This document shows, piece by piece, positions 13,200 through 26,954 of a stretch of DNA of 64,000 bases. Numbering within the stretch: the first letter of the stretch is position 1; each line of letters begins with the position of its first letter. Position numbers and translations under genes: made by a program. The notes beneath the pieces were generated by a model. It was not told the origin of the DNA, made no database searches, and saw only the letters and a list, made by a program, of their open reading frames with translations. Where the stretch lies: NCBI RefSeq assembly GCF_009914755.1, contig NC_060926.1, one strand, 5' to 3'. This DNA comes from the human T2T-CHM13v2.0 reference genome, Homo sapiens.

Positions 13200-13408
13200 T
13201 TGGGCTTCAAAGTTTGACAACTTTGGATCAGAATCTATTTCATTATTTATGAAGTGCATACATTTGGGCAAGTCATTTAACCTCCCTGACCTTCCGTGTT
13301 CTCTTCAGTACAAAATAATAACCTCTATTTTCCTTTGTGGAACCAAATAAGATAATGCCAAAGTGTTTTGTAAACTGTAAAGTACCCTGTAAATGGTAGC
13401 TATTATGA
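13200..13408 (+). mobile_element. MIR SINE
   Basis: ttgggcaagtcatttaacctccctgacct...ttttgtaaactgtaaagtaccctgtaaatggtagctattat. Confidence 0.7.
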
Positions 13409-15161
13409 ATTAAAAGAGCTCTCAGGAACAGAAATCTGGCCTGTATTGATGTCTCTAAAAGTCCCTAGTCCTGTGCATCTCTAGAGTTGAAAGCAGTGTG
13501 GGAAGTGGGTTAATTGTTTATTAGGTGTCTACTAGATTCCAGGTATTCTTTAGGGGCTTTCCCATACCTAGCTGAGGTTCTGTGTATCAGTGACAGACTT
13601 CTATATGACTTAATGACTTCCTTTGCCTTGCAGTTGTCATTCTGGATACCTTGGTGCTTATATAGACAGCAGCTCAAGGAAGAGCTGTGTGCATAGCAAC
13701 CTTAACTCCAACATCGGAGTTTGTCACCCAAAAACTGGTTGCCACCGCATCAAAGTCCCTGAGTCTTTCATTTTTAATAGCAAAGATTTTTTTTTTCCTT
13801 AAGAAAAATATCCATAAGGTAGTGTTTCTTCTCTGCCTCATCCTTTCGTGATCTGTATCTTCAGGACAAAAATAAACAAACACCCTTTCTTTTGACAGGA
13901 TGTTTTTCCAGTTATTTATTTATTTGAGAAAATTGTCATCCAAAGCACTTCAATAAAATCTCCTTTTGTATTTACCTCCTGATAACCGCTCAGTCAGGCA
14001 ACATGCATGCCACTACAAATTGCTCATAACTAAAGAATCAGAGCCCTTGCTGTAGCTTATTTTCTTTTATCCACTTTTTGGTGCTTTCCAAATCCTGGCA
14101 TTGGTGGTGAGAGAGGTGAACTTTTCCTTTCTCAACTTTAGGATAAAATATGCTTTGCCTAAAGCATGTTCTGAGCATTTTCCTTTGTACTTTCATGATG
14201 GAAAGAAAGAGCTGAAAACAGACTGACAGACCTACACGGGCATATTCTTGGCTTACACGGGAATGAGCTGGAGCCTTACTGATTTTGCTGACAGAACTGT
14301 CATCTTCCTAATGCTTAGAGGGGGGATGGCTCTAGCCTTCTCTATGAATGGATTCACGGAGTGACAACAAGCTTATGAAACAGTGAACCAGCTTCCATGG
14401 TTACTACAGTCGGGGTCTCCTTACACTTGTCTCTTGCTCTCAATTCTCATTACCCAAAAGTCTGATCACTTCTTCCTTGAAATTGTGTCTTGGATACACT
14501 CTTTCTTCCTCATTTCTAGTTTTATCCTGGCTGAGAGTGTTGTATACCTCATGACTAACCATAATGGCCTGCATTCTGTCTCCTCCCTGTTACAAGTCTC
14601 TCCCTTTTCCAATTTGTCTTGGACACTTACCTTCAAGAGAACACTCCAGAAACATGATTTCCAACTCCTACTCCAGGGTGTGCAATAGCTTTCCATTGTC
14701 TATTATATGGAAGCTATTATTCTCTGCCTCACTTTTAAAGTCCCTCCTGGTGAAGAGGGCTGGCTCACTTCTGCTAAGATTAACACCCAGGATCTTGGGT
14801 TCCATTCTTGGCCTTGCCAAATCCTGACTCTGTCTTTGGGAAGGTCATGTCACCTTTCTAAATCTCAACTTCTACATTTATTAAATGAAGGGTGTCTTAT
14901 GGTTATGAAGATATACTGGAGTCTATCTGCCTAGCCCTCTATCATCCTCTTCTCCAAGAACTGTAGTGTTCCTCTTCCCTTGCTTTCCTCCCTCCCTCCT
15001 TTCCTTTATCCTTCCTCGCCTCCTTCCTTCCTTTCCTCCACATTTTGGTTTGAGATGAGAAACATCCAAGGCATAAAGAATTTAAGAGACTTATATACCT
15101 GAGTCATATAGAGTCTATTTTCCCTATCAGGTCTATAAACTCTGTTTTAAAAGGAATCATG

Positions 15162-15660
<499 letters not shown>

Positions 15661-15979
15661 AAAAGGAATCATGCCCTTCATGCAAGATTCAGATAACAGA
15701 GACTTCCATTCAGTGTTTCTCCCCAGGGGAGAGAGAGAGAAGGGATTCAGTAGAAGCACTGGGAGAGGACAAAGCAAGGAAGAACAATGCAGAATGTTGA
15801 CAATCAAATGAGTAGTTATCATCAGGGGAGGGAGGGTTCTCTTTGCATCTTCACTAGACATACTAGGGTATGTGGCTTAAGTCTGTAGCTGTAGGGATCT
15901 TGCTTAGCTATTAGGAGGGTTTTTTAAAGCTATTACTGAGGTATAATGTAACTCTTCAAGAGCTCTTGAGTTTTTCTTT

Positions 15980-16282
15980 CTTTTTTTTTTTGAGACGGAA
16001 TTTCGCTTTATCACCCAGGCTGGAGTGCAGTGGCATGATCTCGGCTCACTGCATCCTCCACCTCCTGCACCTCCCGGGTTTAGGCAATTCTCTGTCTCAG
16101 CCTCCCGAGTAGCTGGGATTACAGGCACCCACCACCACGTCCGGCTAATTTTTTTTTTTTTTTAAGTAGAGAAGGGGTTTCACTATCTTGGCCAGGCTGA
16201 TCTTGAACTCCTGACCTCGTGATCCACCCACCTCAGCCTCTCAAAGTGCTGGGATTACAGCCATGAGCCACCACACCCGGCC
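15980..16282 (-). mobile_element. AluS
   Basis: poly-T then gagacgg...gagccaccacacccggcc; TSD-like gagttt(t)tcttt on both sides. Confidence 0.95.
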
Positions 16283-16469
16283 GAGTTTTCTTTAAGTGTA
16301 AGTTTTTAGTGTAGTATTCTAAGGGCAAGGGATGGGCAAAAGTTTATCCTAGGTGGTATCAGAAAACAAAAATATAATTAATATTACATTCATATCCAAA
16401 TCACAATCTTTAGGCTATAGAATTATTTTTAAAAGTATAAAGAGCTGTCTTTCCTAGTTTTACGCCTAT

Positions 16470-17620
16470 CTCATGATCTTCATCCTCCCTGCCTTGTTTC
16501 TCCTGTGTTCTTTTCTCAACCTGGGAAACTGTAGCTCCATTTTTTTTTCAATTGTTCAGGTTTATAACCCTATAACAATTTTGACACTATTTTCTCTCAT
16601 GTCCCCAATTAGACTTGTCAGTAGTCTTGTTGTCACAACCTTCAAACTATGCCCAGAATCCGACCCCTTCTCATCACCTTCTCTGTTACCACATGTATGT
16701 GATCCATCAACTCCTCTCAAATGGATTATTTTAATAGTCTCCTAAATCATCTTCCTGTTTCTCCTTTGACCTCCTTTAGTCAACAGTAATTTTCTTAAAG
16801 CTTTAATCAGATCACATCCTTTCAATTGCTTCTTGCCTCATCCTGAAAGAAAACTGGTGTCCTTACAGGGGTCCACTGGCCCCTCATTACATGCAACCTT
16901 CTCTGTTACTCTCTGACCTTATCTTACACTAATCCCTGTCCACTCATCCATTCCTGTCACCTGTCACTAACTTGTTTGTTGTTCCTTGTACAAACAGATG
17001 TGTTCCTGTCCCAGAGTCACTGCTCTTGCTTGTTTGTCATCCCTCGGATACCCACATGGTTTGGTCCTTCAACATATATAGTCTTTACTCAATTGGTTCT
17101 TTTTCTGATGGGCTTCCTGGACAGTGTATCTACCATGTCTGATCCTCCCTATTGCCTTTCTTTGTTTCGTTACTTTTTTAGTAGCATACATCATCATCTA
17201 GCATAGGGATGCTCAATCTTTTGGCTTTCTTGGATTGCATTGGAACAAGAGGAATTGTCTTGGGCCACACATAAACTACACTAACATTAACAATAGCTGG
17301 TGAGCTAAAAAAAAAAATCACAAAAAAATCTCATAATGTTTTAAGAAAGTTTACAAGTTTGTGTTGGGCTGCATTCAAAGCCATCCTGGGCCTCATGCAG
17401 CCTGTGAGCTGCAGGTTGAACACTTGATCTAGCATATTATATATCTTATTACCTATTTTTTGTGTTCATTATCAGTCATCTGCTATAGAATATAAAGTCC
17501 ATGAGAGCTGATCACCTCTTCCTGTAGTCAGTTCTGTTCTCTGCTGCATCTCCAGCATATAGAGCACTGTCTCGCACACAGTAGGCAATCAATAAGTATT
17601 TGTTGAATTCACGAATGAAT
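16470..17620 (+). mobile_element. L2a LINE 3' portion, interrupted by MER30
   Basis: ccagaatccgaccccttctcatcacc body and terminal gcacacagtaggcaatcaataagtatttgttgaattcacgaatgaat. Confidence 0.8.
17204..17426 (+). mobile_element. MER30 (hAT-Charlie MITE)
   Basis: aatcttttggctt...gaattgtcttgggccacacataaa...tctcataatgttttaagaaagtttac; perfect 8-bp TSD atctagca at 17196-17203 and 17427-17434. Confidence 0.9.
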
Positions 17621-18107
17621 TGATGATATACAGTCTCTGCTTTCTTCTTGCCTTAGGAAATAACATCCAATTACCTGAGGAATCTAAAATCCATCACTGC
17701 CTCGAATTTGCAGGACTGTTGTTGTTTGTAAATATTGGACTTAGATAAGGAAAGCCAGGACCAGCTATACACTTAAATTTGAGGTGTTCCTAACTCCACA
17801 GTCTTGCCACTAGCTGTCGTGGTACAGATGAAATGTCAGTTGCTAACAGACCTAAAGACTAGGAAACTGTGGATGGCTGATGAGTTCAGTGAACCTCTGC
17901 TATTTCTCCTCCTGGAGCAGGGTCTAGAGGGCAAACTGTCCATAAATAGACACTGGGTCTTCTAGCTTACTCCTGCTGCCGCTTAATCATAACAAGCCAG
18001 AAGAAAGAGTCTGGTAGGAGAAGCAGAATTTCCACTACCCATGTGGGATTCCTAGAATCACAAATGACAAAGCAGTAAAGGATCCGTGGAATGGTAAGTT
18101 GGGAAGG

Positions 18108-18533
18108 TGTCTTAATCTCTTTTGTGGTGTTATAACAGAATATCTGAGACTGGGTAATTTAAAAAGAACAGAGGTTTATTTGTTACAGTTTTGGAAGCTG
18201 AAAAGTCCAAGAGTGAGGGTCCCATGTCTGTCAAGGGCCTTTGTGCTTCCTTATCCCATGGGGGAGGGTGGAAAGGCGAGAGAGCACATGCGCGTGCACA
18301 CACAAAAGGAAGAGAGGGGGGAGAGAGAGAGGGGGCAAGAAGGGATTGAACTCACTTTGATAACAAACACCATTCCTGCAATAATGCATAATATAACAAT
18401 ATTAATCCATTTATGAGGGTTCTCTGCCCTCATGACCTAGACACTTCCCATTAGGCCCCACTTTATACCATTGTTGCACTGGGGATTAAGTTTCCAACAC
18501 ATAAACTTTGGGGGACATATTCAAGTAATAGCA
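18108..18533 (-). mobile_element. MaLR solo LTR (MSTC/MSTD-like)
   Basis: tgtcttaatc...ataacagaatatctgagactgggtaattta...gcactggggattaagtttccaacacataaactttgggggacatattcaagtaatagca. Confidence 0.85.
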
Positions 18534-19034
18534 AGAGAAGAGTAAACTAGACATGAAGCTGATGGTAATATCAAATGGTTGAATGACCTCAGTTATAGTA
18601 ATTTTCAGGGCTCAAGTTTTCCTTCTGTTTAGTGGGATTGGAAGGGACTGGGGATCACTATGTTCAATTCTGTCACTGTATAGAGGAATAAACTGAAGCC
18701 CAGAGAATTAGATGCTTTTCTTAGGTTATGTAATGATGTGCTCTTCGTACTGCAACCACAGCCCAGGTCTTTTCACTTCTAATCTTGGTCTCACTCCTTG
18801 TCCTAGGACACACCTCTCAAGATAGAATGTGAAAGTTACAGAGACGGTTTGCAGGCCTCCCTCACAAGGAACCATCCATGCAATATCTCTGCTTCCTAAA
18901 TTCATCAGACAGAAAGAGTATTCACTTCTGTAAGCTGGTAGAGAAAGAGTGGGCAACCAAGGAGGGATTTGGGAAAACTCAGTGGAAAGAAAGGGAGGCA
19001 TGTGGGAAAGATAGAATAATAACCTTGGATGAAA

Positions 19035-19589
<555 letters not shown>

Positions 19590-19713
19590 CTACTGACATC
19601 CGCACGATGAAGCTTTCCTTCTCTGATACACACTCTCATCTTGCCAATCCTGCCTCTGCTACCTGTCTTGTCTGAATTCCCCTAAGACTTGTGTATCTCT
19701 TGTGGCACATTGA

Positions 19714-20087
<374 letters not shown>

Positions 20088-20104
20088 AATTTATGCTTGA
20101 ACTC

Positions 20105-20196
20105 AAATCTCTGTCTGGTTAGTTTTTCTGTGCTTCACAGTGACTGCCTCAGTGCATACTGAACAGACACTTGTTGAATAAATGAGTGAATGAATG
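20105..20196 (+). mobile_element. L2 3' end
   Basis: cttgttgaataaatgagtgaatgaatg tail. Confidence 0.6.
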
Positions 20197-21959
20197 GGAG
20201 GATTTTCTTAAACTAATAAAGTAAAATTATAAGCATTTATAACTGATATCACACACACAAATTGAGCAATACTGAGAAAAAAGCTTGAAAAAGATTTTAC
20301 AAAGAAAGCTATACCATGCACAAAATAAAGGAACATAATATTAAGAGTAAAGACAAAAGAGTAACAGGAACCTAAACCTTACAGTGAGCTGTGGCCTGGA
20401 AAAAAAAAATGCTAACACCTACAAAGCTGACTTTTCATCTTTATTCAGGTCAAGAAGAAAAGCAAGGGATGATCAGCCTGCTGCTACTGTAACACTCACA
20501 GATAACAACACTAAAGTACCTGTCTTCTGTTTGACTTCTACCTTCTTAAGCAGGGAGAATTGTCCAGGAAGGTGTTGAATAGTCTTTTTTTTTTTCTATA
20601 AAAATGAAGTTCAATATGTGGGAGAAGAGAGGACAGAAACAGCTAGCTGCTTTAAATGAGTCTCTGATTCAGACACAGATGAGTGGCATCTCAAAGCTCT
20701 GGAAAAACTCGGACATGTGGATAGGAAACTCCTTAATCTTTGAAGAATGACGAAAAATAGAACTGATATCAGAAGACAGGAGAATAACATGTAATGGTTC
20801 AATTTTTCAGAAGGTAGAAAACAGATTTTAGAAATTTTAGACCAGAAAATTTAACATCACTCTATTATTTTCTCACAATCCTAATTTCACATCCTCATCT
20901 TTGAAGGTCGTTAAAGCATATGAATCATCCAGATTGTTTATCTGTTTTCTTGTTTTTTTTTTTCAGTTATATGTTTCAAATTCATTTAAAATTTATGTCC
21001 CAAATGGTACTTTTGTTTTCACTATCTCTTTCCCCTGCCTGTCTTGCTCCTCACACAGCCCAGTAAATACCACTGCCTTCCACTGAATTGCTCATGTCAC
21101 AGTTGGGTGTTTTCCTTGAAGCTGCCCTGTTCCTCACACCTCACGTCACCCATCAACACCTATTGATTCTGAGTCATCCCTTGCCTCCCTGCCCTCACAG
21201 CCAGGCCAGATAGCCTGATTTCTATTTAGTTTCTAGTCAGTAGGGGCTGCTAATTAACCCATCCACAGGATGACTTCCATGTGCTCAGAACTCTATGGAA
21301 TGCAGATCTTCAGTACTAGAATAGTTAATAATCAGAATCATTTGTGTATTTCTGATTCTGATAGGATGATAAGTGCTTCTCTGTGTGCAGGGCTATTGGA
21401 AGCACTCAATCAGTCCTCACTGATGTGAGCAGCAGATCCAGAGACAGATGGGCCTTTTTGTGTACAAGACAGGGAAATAACACAATGTTAGGATTCCTGG
21501 TCATTCTGGAGCTGAAGATGTAGCATGGTGTCCATCACTGACTGGGGGCTCCAAATCTCAAGATACTAACTGAACATTTTCAACATTATAGAGCTGTGTT
21601 TTCAAATATAAAGGATACATAAATATAAATATGAGATAATGTGTTATCTCAAAAACCTTTAGTTTATATAGTATTCTCATAAATTAGAATCCTGACGCGC
21701 CTTCAAAATTCTGTACCATATGGTCTGGCAGACCCTACTGAGGTTGAACTTCAGGAAACTTAGAGTTGTAAAACTTGATTATTTTAAAATGTTTGAGTTC
21801 AGGAAATTAGGACAATTTATAATTTCAGGTTTTTCAGAGGGAGAAAATTTTTCTATTTCTCCATTTCCTTAACATGTTTTATTTTGTTTTGTTTTAAATC
21901 TTATTTGTGCTATGTTATAAACTCTCTTTCTCAAAGGACTGTGACGTCTTTAAATGGAT

Positions 21960-22175
21960 ATGATAAATGTCTTGAGATCTTACTTCCTGGGTTCAAATCC
22001 TGGATGTACCACTTAGGCAAGTTACTTAATTACTTTGTGCCTCAGTAGCTTTTTCTGAGAAAGAGGATAATAGAGGGGTCTGCCCTGATGTTTTGCTAGG
22101 AGGAATAAATAAGGTAGTACAAGAAAGCACTTAGAGCTGTGCCTGACACACAGTACATACTTAACATGGGTGAGC
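21960..22175 (+). mobile_element. MIR SINE
   Basis: cctgggttcaaatcctgg...ggcaagttacttaat...gtgcctcagt...aaagcacttagagctgtgcctgacacacagta. Confidence 0.8.
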
Positions 22176-24705
22176 CCAGTTATTTGCCTGTATTGTTATC
22201 ATGTGTGGAATCTCTGCTCTGCTCCCATTTTGCTATCTGTCCTGGGGTAAATCGCTTAATCTCAGTGTCCTCAATAGCCAGGAAGGCCTGGACTCCCTGA
22301 TCATTCCAAGTTCTGGCCTTGATTATCTGGTGAATGGAATACTCTGGCCTTCATTCTGCTCTCATGATAGCCATTCTGTCAGCCTAGAGAAGTAAATTTA
22401 ATTTAGTTCAATACAATCCAATTCAGTTCAACTCATCAATTGAATTTAGTGCAAGTCATTAATTTCATTTATTCAAAGATATCTCTTGAGGTTTAAGACA
22501 TGCATAACAGTTTCAGACCTATGCTCCTACAAATCTGAATGACTTTTGTAGCTTTACATCTTTCTTAGTGGAGAGAAAATAAGATACTTTATCCCTCAGG
22601 GGCTTAAGGGTCTTCTCCTTTAAACAATCTTTAGGAAAATGACATTCACCCAGTTGCTCTGAAATGTACTTCTGATTTCTAAATGGTTCTAATTATTCCC
22701 TACTGGTGAGGGACATTCCTCGAGGCTGGCCAACCTTCCCTGGAGGGTGTAGGAGACAAGCTACTCAACTTAGGTAAAAACAAGAAGGGGGCTGTTATAG
22801 AGTTCAAACTACAGCAAAATAAACAAAGCCCCAATTATGATTCCGGGGAGGTAAATGGGCTTCTCTATTTAGTACAAAAAAATTGATAAATTGATTTCTC
22901 TGGGAGTGTTACTTATACCATAATGATTATTGGAAGGAAGACAGCTTAACAGAGTGATGCAAAAATAAAATTAGATGAGCCATGTATCAGTAGCTGGTGG
23001 ACTGCTCACCTTAAATGAAGAGTTAGAAAAATACAATAAATGGGGAGATAGGTTATTTAAAACATTTTGGTAATATTTATTATTTATACTCAGTCCTTTA
23101 TTCATTTGCTATTTTCTTTCTTTAAAAGAAAGACGAGTTGAAGACCAACAAACAAGATGATAAATTCAAGTTAATTCTAGGAAAAGTTATTTATATCTAA
23201 TTGGAGCCTATTTGCTTTTATGCATAAAAGACTAAGTTAACACCATGTTTAAGTAAGTCAGAAACATAGGATGTTGAATCCAAAGACCCTCTAAGCATAG
23301 TGTGATCTGAGCTAGTCCATACTGCAGGCAATAAAAACAAATAAATAAATAATCAATTATTTGCTGAAATACATTATTTCTCAATTGCAAACTAAGGCAG
23401 AGTCTATATTCAGTTTACAGAGATTTGAGAAGCCGTTTATTTTACGTCACTAAGTTTCTCTGTACCACATTTTGTTTCTTTCTACCTAAACCTCCACAAA
23501 TTTTTAAAAGAACTGCATTATTTCTTGCTGTATTATCTTGAATGTAAAGATCTGACATGGAAATGCTTCAACTACCCTCTCCCCTACTCAAGCACTGTAC
23601 TTGGCACATTTCTAGAAATAAAATAGATAATTCAGAGAAAATATTATTTCCTTCAGGAACAAGAACAATTTCTTTGATTTGCTCCTGTTTGACTAGTTCT
23701 CCAGAAGTTCTTTCTACCAACTATGGCTTCTCTCTTACTACCATATATTTAAATCCTTTTTTATACCCAGCACATGCCTCACCCTTTAAAGGAAGTTCCC
23801 CATCCTTTGTTTATTCAAGTGTAGTTACCTCTTCTTTTAAAGAACTTCTGAGGACTCAAATATTGCTCTGCCCATCCTATCCTTATGTTATCACGTGACA
23901 ACTTGAAAAGCCTTATTCTATTTTTCTGTGTTTGTGCATGTGTGTCTTTAGCTGCATTAAAAGAGTCTATGTGTCAGGGCTGCATCCTTGGCTCTTAAAT
24001 CCCAGCAAGTGGCTGTATACACTGTTTAAGTGTTTAGTAAAGATGTGTTGCCTGTAGTTACATGTTCTGGATGATGTACTGCTTTGTTTAGGGTCTCAGT
24101 GATTTGCTGTGAAGATGCTGAACTCAGGACTTTGATATAACTTTTGGCTTGTTTTCCGTTTGGCACAACTGCATGCACTCTGTTGGTGAAATTACTTCAG
24201 TCAATGTTCAGGACTGTAAATACTCAGGGAAAAGGTCATTTTTGTTTCTATCCTGCTCAGAAGAAAATAAATCTCTTCTTTCCCTTTAATCTAATAAATC
24301 AAAGGAGCACTGGAAAGCATCTTTTCAGTTGTAATTTTATTTCGATGTTTTGCTCACCATGTCACACTGTTTAAGAAACTGTTATGTCTGCCAAAAAGAA
24401 CAGTTATTGGCCTTATTTTGCAGGTGATAGAGCCATTACTATTCACCAGACCAGTATTTAGGACATGCATACTGAATTATTTAACACTAATAATGCACAT
24501 GGGACACATTAAAGTAAAAAATGGGATAAGTAACTTCATTGCAATAACATTTATTTCCTCCTGGCTTGCCCAACTGTTCTCTTTTGTTCAAGGGCACACC
24601 AAGAACTTCAAAGATGATAATCCTGGGTACCTAACTGCTTTGCTTCTTTCAACCACAACCCACTTACTCTCTGCTTTGCCTGGTCAAAAACATAGTTGTG
24701 GAATT

Positions 24706-25275
24706 GACTTCCAGCATGACAGTTTAAGGAGCTCTGCTGTCCTGTTCCACGGTGAAACTGATAAAAATTATAAAAACCAAACAAAAACTATTCAGAGTTT
24801 CTTGAAATGGTCCTAAGGGCAAAAGAGTAAATAAGAACACATTTATTCAAGAACATTTATTAAAACTCAGTAAAAAAAAAAAAAAAAAAAAAAAAAGGCA
24901 AGTTTGTGGTATTTGAACCAAGACCACTTGCTCCCTCTCCTCTCACCTCAGAGCGGGTGGAGACCCCACTCCAGACTGCTGCAGTAAAGAACACAGAGTT
25001 CCCTCTTCCCTAGCTCCTAACTATAGGACTTTCTTCCCAAGATAAGGAGGACTTCAGCATTTCTCATCCTTATCCCAGCTGCCCGTTGCTGAGGCTAAGT
25101 CCTGTGCAACAGCATTTAACAGGTTGGGGTCCCCTTCTTCTGACCAAGCCACAGTTGTGCAAGCAAGGCTCTACCTTGACCATGACCTGTTGAGAATATG
25201 GGTCTCTGATAGCTCTTGTCCCAGTTCATGAGGCAGTGAATCCATGTCAGGAGAGTGAAGTTATAAGATCTCAAG
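24706..25275 (+). mobile_element. Old L1 5' UTR (L1M4b/L1MB-type), 5' end of the element that continues at 26955
   Basis: gaaatggtcctaagggca...acatttattcaagaa...ctcagtaa...tgtggtatttgaacc resembles an L1M4 5' end; begins gacttcc; contains A25 at 24872-24896. Confidence 0.6.
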
Positions 25276-25288
25276 CTACAAACCACTT

Positions 25289-26954
25289 AACTACAAACCA
25301 CTGCTCAACGAAATAAAGAGGACACAAACAAATGGAAGAACATTCCATGCTCATACATAGAAAGAATCAATATCATCAAAATGGCCATGCTGCCCGAGGT
25401 AATTTATAGATTCAATGCCATCCCCATCAAGCTACCAATGACTTTCTTCACAGAATTGGAAAAAACTACTTTAAAGTTCATATGGAACCAAAAAAGAGCC
25501 CTCATTGCCAAAACAATCCTAAGCAAAAGGAACAAAGCTGGAGGCATCACACTACCTGACTTCAAACTATACTATAAGGCTACAATAACCAAAACAGCAT
25601 GGTACTGATACCAAAACAGAGATATAGACCAATGGAACATAACAGAGCCCTCAGAAATAATACCATACATCTACAACCATCTGATCTTTGACAAACCTGA
25701 CAAAAAAAAGCAATGGGGAAAGGATTCCCTATTTAATAAATGGTACTGGGAAAATTGGCTAGCCATATGTAGAAAGCTGAAACTGGATTCCTTCCTTACA
25801 CCTTATACAAAAGTTAATTCAAGATGGATTAAAGGCTTAAATGTTAGATGTAAAACCTAAAAACCCTAGAAGGAAACCTAGGCAATACCATTAAGACCAC
25901 AGGCATGGGCAAGGGCTTCATGACTAAAACACCAAAAGCGATGGCAACAAAAGCCAAAATTGACAAATGGGATCTAATTAGACTAAAGAGCTTCTGCATA
26001 GCAAAAGAAACTACCATCAGAGTGAACAGGCAACCTACAGAATGGGAGAAAATTTTTACAATCTACCCATCTGATAAAGTGCTAATATCCAGAATCTACC
26101 AAGAACTTAAACAAATTTACAAGAAAAAATCAACCCCATCAAAAAGTGGGCAAAGGATATGAACAGACACTTCTCAAAAGAAGACATTTGTGCAGCCAAC
26201 AGACACAAGAAGAAATGCTCATCATCACTGGCCATCAGAGAAATGCAAATCGAAACCACAATGAGATACCATCTCACACCAGTTAAAATGGCGATCATTA
26301 AAAAGTCAGGAAACAACAGGTGCTGGAGAGGATGTGGAGAAATAGGAATGCTTTTACACTGTTGGTGGGACTGTAAACTAGTTCAACCATTGTGGAAGAC
26401 AGTGTGGTGATTCCTCAGGGATGTAGAACTAGAAATACCATTTGACCCAGCCATCTCATTACTGGGTATATACCCAAAGGATTATAAATCATACTGCTAT
26501 CAAGACACATGCACACATATGTTTATTGTGGCACTATTCACAATAGCAAAGACTTGGAACCAACCCAAATGTCCATCAGTGATAGACTGGATTAAGAAAA
26601 TGTGACACATATACACCATGGAATACTATGCAGACATAAAAAATGATGCGTTCATGTCCTTTGTATGGACATGGATGAAATTGGAAACCATCATTCTCAG
26701 TAAACTATCGCAAGAACAAAAAACCAAACACCGCATATTCTCACTCATAGGTGGGAATTGAACAATGAGATCACATGGACACAGGAAGGGGAACATCACA
26801 CTCTGGGGACTGTTGTGGGGTGGGAGGATGGGGGAGGGATAGCATTGGGAGATATACCTAATGCTAGATGACGAGTTAGTGGGTGCAGCACAGCAGCATG
26901 GCACATGTATACATATGTAACTAACCTGCACAATGTGCACATGTACCCTAAACT
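25289..26954 (+). mobile_element. 5'-truncated L1PA (3' part of ORF2 plus 3' UTR), no poly(A), disabled
   Basis: ORF track gives ORF2p C-terminal fragments ([20 protein letters not shown]; [13 protein letters not shown]; [29 protein letters not shown]) broken by stops and frameshifts; canonical L1PA 3' UTR ends ...atgtaccctaaact. Confidence 0.95.

Noticed and set aside
22395-22460. Degenerate (AATTC)n-like pentamer run
   Set aside because: Ordinary decayed microsatellite; no repeat-spacer structure, so not CRISPR-like.
25381-26410. Three protein-like ORFs
   Set aside because: Broken fragments of L1 ORF2p; not a host gene or an active element.
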